NCBI RefSeq assembly: GCF_017876815.1
Contig: NZ_JAGIOS010000001.1
Span: forward strand, 1,650,001 to 1,682,000
Direction: 5' to 3'
Length of the DNA stretch: 32,000 nt
Source: Sinorhizobium meliloti
GTDB lineage: Bacteria; Pseudomonadota; Alphaproteobacteria; Rhizobiales; Rhizobiaceae
Shown here: positions 18,154 through 25,400 of the stretch, in pieces
Layout of the letters: the number at the start of each line of letters is the position of its first letter
Numbering within the stretch: position 1 is the stretch's first letter
The notes under the pieces: generated by a model
Told to the model about the DNA's origin: nothing
The model's database searches: none
The model's input: only the letters and a program-made list of their open reading frames with translations
Made by a program: the position numbers and the translations under genes

Positions 18154-18633
18154 TCAGGCCGCCAGCTCTTCCGTTTCCCGCTCCTTGAACATGCGGGCGA
18201 GATTGAGGAAGCAGATCATGCCCGATTCATTGGCGATGATGCCTTCCGCAAAGCTCTTGTCGAAGGACGCGGTGACTTCCGGCACAGGCTGTACCTGACT
18301 GCCCTGAACGGTCAGAATGTCGGAAACGCGATCGACGACGAGACCGATGACCATGTTGTGGACCTCTGCGACCACGATCGCGCTGCGTTCGTTGGTGACG
18401 GTCGATTTCATGCCGAGCTTGTGGGCGAGGTCGATGATCGGGATCACCGTGCCGCGCAGGTTCATCACGCCGATCACTTCCGGCGGGGCATGCGGGATGG
18501 GCGTCGAGGGCGCCCAGCCGCGTATCTCGCGGATCGTCGTGGTCTTGACGCAAAATTCCTGGTCGTGGAGGCGAAACGCTATGATTTCGAGCGTCTCGCC
18601 ATCAAATCCGGCTGCTCTCTGCGTGCTTGTCAT
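18154..18633 (-). CDS. cheW: Chemotaxis coupling protein CheW (orphan copy)
   Basis: Track ORF 18154..18693 trimmed to MTSTQRAAGFDGETLEIIAFRLHDQEFCVKTTTIREIRGW...VIGVMNLRGTVIPIIDLAHKLG (GGAAGGA upstream). 159 aa, single CheW domain. Confidence 0.88.
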   Translation of the reverse strand: MTSTQRAAGFDGETLEIIAFRLHDQEFCVKTTTIREIRGWAPSTPIPHAPPEVIGVMNLRGTVIPIIDLAHKLGMKSTVTNERSAIVVAEVHNMVIGLVVDRVSDILTVQGSQVQPVPEVTASFDKSFAEGIIANESGMICFLNLARMFKERETEELAA

Positions 18634-18810
18634 CGAAGGTCCTTCCAGCTTTCCGGTCGTGGTGGTCCGCCGATGACATCCGGCGAGGCGCAAGCCGCTT
18701 CATGCACGGAAAAATCCGCCTTGCGCTCCGTATGCCTATACTAGGCGCGGATTCGTTAAACCTTTGCTGAACGTTCGCCCCTAGCAGGAGAGCGAGGTGG
18801 GGACGCGGCT

Positions 18811-19734
18811 TCAGGCCGCGCGAGTCGGACGATCAAGGATACGGCGGCCGAAGAGGCTTGCCGTCAGTTCGACCAGAATGCGCGCGCTCTTGCCCCGGTC
18901 GTCGAGGAACGGGTTGAGCTCGACGACATCGAGGGAAGAGACGAGGCCGCTGTCGCACAGCACTTCCATGATGAGGTGCGCCTCGCGGAAGGTCGCGCCG
19001 CCCGGGACCGTCGTGCCCACGCCGGGGGCAAGTTCCGGATCCATGAAATCGACGTCGAGGCTCACATGCAGCAGGCCGTTGGCGGCGCGAACCTCGTCGA
19101 CGATCTGACGGATGATGTGGGCCATGCCCATCTCGTCGATGGCCCGCATATCGAAGACATTGACGCCGTGCTCGGCGATTTCCTCGCGCTCACGCGCGTC
19201 GACCGAGCGGATTCCGACCTGATAGACCTTCTTCGGGTCGACCAGCGGCCGGTCCTTCGGAAGGATCGGGGCGAACTCCGCTTCGCCGCAGAAGAAGGCG
19301 ACCGGCATGCCGTGCATGTTTCCGGAGGGCGAGGTCGCAGGCGAGTTGAAGTCGGCATGCGCGTCGAGCCAGAGGACGAAGAGGGGCCGGCCGACGTCCT
19401 GGGCGTGACGCGCCATGCCGGAGACGCTGCCCATCGACAGCGCGTGGTCGCCCCCGAGAATGATGGGGAAATGTCCCTTGCGCGCGGTATCGTGCACGGC
19501 TTCGTCGAGCGCGCGCGCGAAAGCTGCAACGGACTGCAGATTGTTGGCGCCGGGATGGTTGGCGAGATCGCGCGCGGGCAGCGGCCTCAGATCCCCCTCG
19601 TCATTGACCGTATGGCCGAGTTCGGCGAGGACCGTGTCTATGCCGGCGATCCTGAGCGCCGTCGGCCCCATGGCTGCGCCGCGGCGGCCCGAGCCTTCCT
19701 CGATGGGTGCGCCGATCAATGTGATGGTTTTCAT
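18811..19734 (-). CDS. Arginase (ureohydrolase family)
   Basis: Track ORF 18811..19818 trimmed to MKTITLIGAPIEEGSGRRGAAMGP... (307 aa). Mn-binding motifs GGDHALSMG, DAHADFN, SLDVDFMDP. Confidence 0.9.
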   Translation of the reverse strand: MKTITLIGAPIEEGSGRRGAAMGPTALRIAGIDTVLAELGHTVNDEGDLRPLPARDLANHPGANNLQSVAAFARALDEAVHDTARKGHFPIILGGDHALSMGSVSGMARHAQDVGRPLFVLWLDAHADFNSPATSPSGNMHGMPVAFFCGEAEFAPILPKDRPLVDPKKVYQVGIRSVDAREREEIAEHGVNVFDMRAIDEMGMAHIIRQIVDEVRAANGLLHVSLDVDFMDPELAPGVGTTVPGGATFREAHLIMEVLCDSGLVSSLDVVELNPFLDDRGKSARILVELTASLFGRRILDRPTRAA

Positions 19735-19889
19735 GTCCGCCTCGTCCCTTCGCCCTGTTGCCGGGAAGTTCGGTTCCCGTGAAGTCCGGCGGATTATCGT
19801 CAAAAAGCGTGGCGGCAAAAAGATGGAAAACTGTCGATTGGGAAGATAAGATGCGCAAAGTGTAAAGTCTTTTTTGACGAAGTGACAAG

Positions 19890-20324
19890 ATGGATGATCT
19901 CGATCAGGCGCTCATCAGCGCTCTCCGGCAAAACTCCCGCATGCCCGTCTCCACGCTTTCGGCAATGACCGGCGTCTCGCGTGCGACGGTCGCTGCGCGC
20001 ATCGACCGCCTCGTCGCGAACGGGACGATTGCCGCTTTCACCATCCGCACCGGCGCGGAAATCCCCGCCTCCGGCGTCAGGGCCGTGGTGATGATCGAGG
20101 TTCACGGAAAGATGGCGGACCGCGTCGCCGAGCAATTGCGCGGGCTGCCGCAGGTGCGGGCGCTGCACAGCACGAACGGAAGGTGGGACTTCATTGCCGA
20201 ACTCGAGGACCGGGACCTTGCGAGCTTCGACGAGACCTTGCGGCGCATCCGTTTGATCGATGGTATCACCGTGACCGAAACGAACATTCTGCTGAAGACC
20301 AGCAAGTTGACCGGGTCCTCGTGA
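19890..20324 (+). CDS. Lrp/AsnC-family transcriptional regulator, divergent from arginase
   Basis: 144 aa. N-terminal HTH (LDQALISALRQNSRMPVSTLSAMTGVSRATVAARIDRL) plus a C-terminal RAM/AsnC ligand domain. Confidence 0.85.
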   Translation: MDDLDQALISALRQNSRMPVSTLSAMTGVSRATVAARIDRLVANGTIAAFTIRTGAEIPASGVRAVVMIEVHGKMADRVAEQLRGLPQVRALHSTNGRWDFIAELEDRDLASFDETLRRIRLIDGITVTETNILLKTSKLTGSS

Positions 20325-20532
20325 GGGCGACCGCCCTCGGTCCAGATCGGCAACTCACGGCTGCTTTTTGTTCTTGATTTGTTCTTATGTTCCGATAAGA
20401 TGTTCCTCTCAGCAAACAAGAGAGGCATGAGCACGGGCGCGGTCTCCGCGGCATTCGGTCTCATTTTGAACGATGGCGTATTTGATCGCGGGTTCCACCC
20501 GCCCGACATCATTGCGGTCCAGGGAGATTGCC

Positions 20533-21012
20533 ATGGCTAGTTATTCCGGCGGCCCGTCGGTACGGCAGATCTGCATAAAGCTCTTCGTCAGGCATGGTGA
20601 CGAGGAGCGGGCGATTGCGTTCTACCGCGATGTCCTCGGCGCCGAGCTGCTGCAGAGGCACGAGTGGAGCGGCATTCTGACGAGCGCCGATCTGTGCATC
20701 GGCGACTCGGTCTTCCGGGTGGCCGGCGCCAATCCGCGCCGGGACGCCGAACCGAGGCTCGGCGGGCCGCGATCGCCGCACGCGCTCGGAACGACCGCGG
20801 CAATCCTCGAGCTGCACGTCGATGATGTGGACCGCGTGCTCGAAAGGGCGATGGGCGCCGGCGCCAGTCTGCGCAATGTCGCCGAAACGCTGCCGACCGG
20901 CGACCGGGTCGGCGCCCTCATCGACCCGTTCGGTCATATCTGGGCGCTGTTCACGGCGACGAACGAGAGCGAGGCGCTGGATGCATTCGGCGTCGACCGC
21001 AACGCGGCGTGA
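20533..21012 (+). CDS. VOC (glyoxalase/bleomycin-resistance/dioxygenase) superfamily protein, PhnB-like
   Basis: Track ORF 20473..21012 trimmed to MASYSGGPSVRQICIKLFV..., with GGGAGA 5 nt upstream of the ATG at 20533. FYRDVLGAEL and DPFGHIWALF are typical of PhnB-like VOC proteins. Confidence 0.7.
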   Translation: MASYSGGPSVRQICIKLFVRHGDEERAIAFYRDVLGAELLQRHEWSGILTSADLCIGDSVFRVAGANPRRDAEPRLGGPRSPHALGTTAAILELHVDDVDRVLERAMGAGASLRNVAETLPTGDRVGALIDPFGHIWALFTATNESEALDAFGVDRNAA

Positions 21013-21053
21013 GGGGGACCCCTTCACTCCTGCCCCGAGCTCGCCTGTTCGCT

Positions 21054-21839
21054 TCAGAAAAATTCGTCCAGCAGCCGGTAAAAGGCGAGCTTTTCAGGGT
21101 CTGGCGCGGCCAGCCCATACCGATCCAGAAACGGGGCGACCCATTCCTCTCCCAGGTTGTGGGTGATGCTCCAGCAGGCGAGTGCCAGATCCTGGTAGAT
21201 GTCGGCGACGCCCAGACGGCCACAGTCGATGAAGCCGGAGAATTGATTTCCGGCTGCGATGAAGTTGGGGAGGCAGGCGTCGCCATGGGTGACTACCAAT
21301 TGCTCCTCTTTCGGTCTGCGCGCGAGAAGCTCATCAAAGAGTTCTCTCGTTTGCCTGCCTTGCCGCTCCTCGTCGAAATCGCTCTCGTCAACAAGGCCGG
21401 CCTCCATCCGCGCTTTTGCCGCAGCAATGCTGGCGGTCAGCCGTCGGTCGAACGGGCAAGCCGCCGGATCGAGCCGGTGCAGCCGGCGAAGGGCTTCCGC
21501 GAGAATGGCGATGCGTTCGGCGTGCGGCAGCCGGCAGGAGGCAAGGTCCATGCCCTCGGCCGCCTCCAGCAACAGCCAGGTCTCTCCTGCATGATCGTCA
21601 TGGCCGAGAACTCTCGGGCACGGCATATCCTGGGCTGCGAGCCAGTGCAGGCGCGCCGCCTCGCCGGTCAACTCGGTGAACGGCCCTGACGGTTCATGCT
21701 TCAGGATAAGGAAAGGGCGGCTCTGGGCCTTGAGGAGAAAGATGGTGGATGCCGACTGGCCCAGTGCGTCCCTCTCGAAGCCGTAGCCCGAAAGCAGGCC
21801 GCGGAAGGCGGGTGGCAGGTCCAATTCTCTCACGTCCAT
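21054..21839 (-). CDS. Aminoglycoside 3'-phosphotransferase, APH(3')-II-like
   Basis: 261 aa. Shares long motif blocks with what I remember of Tn5 NptII: EAARL.WLA, RRLH.LDPA.CPFD, RMEAGLVD..D.DEE, LVVTHGDACLPN, FSGFIDCGRLGVAD.YQD, AFYRLLDEFF at the C-terminus. Confidence 0.88.
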   Translation of the reverse strand: MDVRELDLPPAFRGLLSGYGFERDALGQSASTIFLLKAQSRPFLILKHEPSGPFTELTGEAARLHWLAAQDMPCPRVLGHDDHAGETWLLLEAAEGMDLASCRLPHAERIAILAEALRRLHRLDPAACPFDRRLTASIAAAKARMEAGLVDESDFDEERQGRQTRELFDELLARRPKEEQLVVTHGDACLPNFIAAGNQFSGFIDCGRLGVADIYQDLALACWSITHNLGEEWVAPFLDRYGLAAPDPEKLAFYRLLDEFF

Positions 21840-21962
21840 GAGCGGCCTCTATGATGGGTACTTTAAAGAATCTGGACCATTTCACGGAGACGGCGAAATG
21901 ATCCAGCCTCGAGACTACGCAATTCCGGGACGGAAAACCCGCTAGGCACTTTTATGGGATTG

Positions 21963-22331
21963 CTAGAAGCGCGTGAAGCCCGCAAGTGGGTTCATGATCT
22001 GTCCGCGGCCGTCGCTGAGGAATTGGGACAGGCCGGCTGCGACCTCGTCGCTCGGATTGCCGTAAACCTCGAACTTCTCGACGCTGCAATGTTTCGATAC
22101 CGCCCGGATGTGGGGGTCCGATATTTCCCAATGGCGCAGAACGTCTTCGCAATTCCGGTAGAGCTGAAAGCTGACCGCACGCATCTCCTGCTCGTCGATG
22201 AAAGTCCGGACCATGATTTGAGGTCCGTTTCGCTCGACGAATTCGATCGCCTGCCTCACCGCTTCGCGAAAGGGTTCCAAGCTGCCCTCGGTGATCTTCA
22301 TCACGTTCCGGAAGAGTATCTGCTCGGTCAT
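21963..22331 (-). CDS. Small hypothetical protein, probably ABM/dimeric alpha-beta-barrel fold
   Basis: 122-aa ORF with GGAGG 6 nt upstream. IMVRTFIDEQEMRAVSFQLYRNCEDVLRHWEIS resembles the ABM-domain pattern (Y..ee....H..s). Function not assignable from sequence. Confidence 0.55.
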   Translation of the reverse strand: MTEQILFRNVMKITEGSLEPFREAVRQAIEFVERNGPQIMVRTFIDEQEMRAVSFQLYRNCEDVLRHWEISDPHIRAVSKHCSVEKFEVYGNPSDEVAAGLSQFLSDGRGQIMNPLAGFTRF

Positions 22332-22338
22332 GTCGTAC

Positions 22339-22359
22339 CTCCGTGTCCGTTACACGGAG
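22339..22359 (-). promoter_or_regulatory. 8-bp perfect hairpin sequestering the Shine-Dalgarno of the 122-aa ORF
   Basis: Plus strand CTCCGTGT-CCGTT-ACACGGAG. On the mRNA this is CUCCGUGU-AACGG-ACACGGAG followed by G-UACGAC-AUG, so the GGAG of the SD forms the 3' arm of the stem. Confidence 0.4.
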
Positions 22360-22434
22360 TGATTTCTGCGACCTCAACCGTACTTGAGGTCAAGACTCCG
22401 GTTCAAAAATAACGGAACGGCCGAGACGATGAAC

Positions 22435-22456
22435 CGCCCGCCGAGATCGGCGGGCG
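22435..22456 (-). terminator. GC-rich hairpin 18 nt downstream of the tamB stop (terminator-like, no adjacent U-tract)
   Basis: CGCCCGCCG-AGAT-CGGCGGGCG, a 9-bp perfect stem. A T-run (TTATTTTTG on the minus strand) occurs only about 25 nt further on. Confidence 0.45.
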
Positions 22457-22473
22457 TGCGGCATCGTCAGGGA

Positions 22474-25400
22474 TCAATATTCCCTCTCGAAGAAGATGCC
22501 TCCGGCGGCCGAACCGTCGCCGGCCGCTTCGCCCTTCAGCTTCACGCCGCGGCCGATGTCGAGGTTGATGACCGCCTTGCTGGAAGCGGAGTCCGAGCCC
22601 TGTTGCAGTTCGAGATAGGTGCGGTCGTTCAGATATTTGCCGGCGCGGACCTGGGCGCCGCCGCTCTCGTCGGTCGTGATGTCGAGATCGTCGACGCCGA
22701 GCTTGTTGCGCAGGCCGTCGAGGAGCGAGGTCGACCCGCCGCCGGCAAGCTGGCCCACGGCCGAGGCGAGCTGGGCGATCTGGAAGGCGGAAAGATTGTT
22801 CAGCGACCGGTTGAAGATGAGCTGCGCCAGGATCTCGTCCTGCGGCAGGGCCGGCGACGAGGAGAAGGTCACCGTCGGGTTGTTGGCCGGGCCGGCGACG
22901 TTGACGGTGATCGTCGTCGAACCGGCGCTCGAGGTCGCGTCGAGATCGAGCGTCGGAATGAGGTCGCCGCCGAAACCGATATGACCGTCGGTGAAGGTCA
23001 GCCGCTTGCCGAGGATCTCCAGGCGCCCGCGGCGCATGTCGAACCCACCGGAAACGATCGGCTGGACGGCGGTGCCGCGGATGGTCAGATCGCCGCCGAG
23101 TTCGGCATCGATTCCGCGTCCGCGCACGAAGAACTGGCCCGGTGAACTGACGGCGAGATCGAAGGCGATCGCGCCGCTTGCCTCGGTGCCGGCGGACGTA
23201 TCCCGGCGCAGGTCTCTGGTCATTTGCCGCACCCGGGGTGGGGCGTTGCGGTGTTTGATGTCGATCTGCGAGAGCGAAGCCGGCAGCCTCTCCGGTATGG
23301 TGATCGCGGCCCTGCGGATCGTCAGCCTTCCGCCAAGCACGGGAGTCGAGACGAGGGGGCCGTTGAGCGTCAGGTCGCCTGCAAGGTTGGCGGTGAACAG
23401 CGTGCCGTCGACATAGGTCGCATTGTTGAGCCGGATTCTGAGATTCGCCGGGAAACCGGAGCCGGGGACGATGCCCACGGTTCCGCTCGCCTCGATCGAT
23501 CCGCCGCTGGCGAGATTGGCCGAGAGGCGAGAGATCGTCGCCTGCCTGCCGTCGAGTGCGACATTGGCGGTGAGGTCGTTGAGGGCCAGATTGCGGCGAA
23601 CGTCCACGAGCCGGGCTCCGGCGGTCGAGACCGTGCCGGCAATCTGCGGCGCCTTTGCCGGGCCGGAAAGCGAAAGGTCGACCTTGGCCGATCCGGTCAG
23701 GGTGAAGCCCTGTTCCGCCATGATATTGGCGAGCAGCGCGAAGGGTACGTCGCCGGCGAATTTCATCGAGATCGGCATGTTGCCGCCAAGCTCGACATTG
23801 CCGCCGCCCCGGAAGGAAAGGTCTCCCGGCCCGGAGACCGTGGCATCGACGGTCACCCGGTTGTCGGCGAAGCGCCCCTTTGCAGCAATCTCCAGCGACG
23901 ATACGCCGGCGCCGCGCGCTGCTGCGACCGAGGCGCCGCTCCATCTGAGGTCGTAGACGACCACCGGAGCCGCTGCCGTTCCGCCCACGTCCACCGTCCC
24001 GGCGATCGTGCCTTCCGCCCCGAGCGTCGGGGCGAAGGTGTTGATCAGTGCGGCAGGCAGCGCATTGAGTCTTGCCGAAATGTCGAGCGTCGGTCCGGCA
24101 GAGCCGGCGACCGTGATGGTGCCCTTGGAAGCCTCGATGGTCAGGGCATCGAGGAGCACCGTGCCGTTCTCGATCGCGACGATGGTCGGGCGTGCAAGCT
24201 TCAGCGGTATCCGCTTGGGCGTTGCCGCGAAAGAGGCGAGGCGGACTTCGGTGCGGCCGCCGCTTGCGACCATGTCGCCTTTTGCCGAAAGCGGACCGCC
24301 GTCATATCTGCCGTCGACGGTAAAGCCGGTCCTGCCGCCCTGCTGATCGAAGGTGAGATTGAGGCCGGTGACACGGTTTTGACCCTGAGCGACGTTTTCC
24401 GCTCTGACGCTTCCCCTGACCGCGAGTGCCGCCACATCGGCGATGCTGATATCGGCGACCGGCTTTGCGATCGTCAGATCGCCGCGCTTGATGCCGCTGC
24501 CGTTCGCTTTCAGCGAAAGGGAGGTCACGCCGTTCGCCGTTCTGATCGCTGCCGAACCGGAGAGGTCTCCCGAGACCTTCTCGCCGGCCATGGCGGCAAG
24601 AAGGCCGAGATCGGGGAGATTGAAGTCGATCGTGCCCTCGGGCTTGAAGTCTGCCGTCAGGTCGATCGCACCGGTCAATCTGTTGTCGCCGACCTTCGCC
24701 TCCAGGGTCGGGATCGAGGTGCGGCCGTCCTTCGAGACCACCTCGGCCTTCACGTCGATCGCCTGGCCGTCCAGAGCCCCCGTCGCCGTCAGCTTCGCCT
24801 CCGGACTGCCGGGTTTCGCCGTTGCATCGGCGGTGATCACGAAATCCGAAAGCGTGCGTCCCGCAAGGACCGCGCCGCTGGAGGTCACTTCCGCCTTGAC
24901 GCCGAGCGCGTCGAGCGGCCCGGACAGGTCGGCGCTGAAGGCGGCCTTGCCTTCGGCTTCAGCGAGCAGCTTGCCGAGATCCGGCAATGCGCCCGCTATC
25001 TCGGCCGTCAACGCGCCCTCGGCAAGTGCGGCCGAACCGGTGGCGTTGACGGTATCGGATTTGACTTCGAGCGCGCTCAGTTCGACGGTGCCGCCGGCGC
25101 CTGTCTCGACCTTGCCGGAGACGGTGATCGGCGCATCGAATTTTGCGCCGATGCCGGGCGGCAGCACGGCGGGTTCGGCAACGAACTGGAAATTCGCCTC
25201 GGCCGTGTTGTCGGCGCGGTCGAGGCTGGCCGTCACGTCCCCGCGAAAGCCCGCGCGTTCGATGGCCAAGGGGTCGAGGCGGATGCTGTCCTCAGCGACG
25301 GTCACCGTTCCCTTCGCCGACAGGTCCTCTGCCGTTATGCCGGCCGACCGCACGGAGGCGATCGAGGCGCCGCTCCAGGTGAGATCGTAGCGGACGACGG

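Noticed and set aside
20323-20338. Hairpin GAGGGC-GACC-GCCCTC overlapping the Lrp/AsnC stop codon, as a possible terminator
   Set aside because: It is only a 6-bp stem with no following T-run, which is too weak to annotate.
20533-21839. VOC ('bleomycin-resistance family') gene next to an NptII-like APH, reminiscent of the Tn5 neo-ble-str resistance operon
   Set aside because: - The genes are convergent, not an operon.
- The VOC protein looks PhnB-like (DPFGHIWALF) rather than like the small bleomycin-binding Ble.
- No IS50, transposase, inverted ends or composition change flank them.
- The adjacency is probably coincidental.
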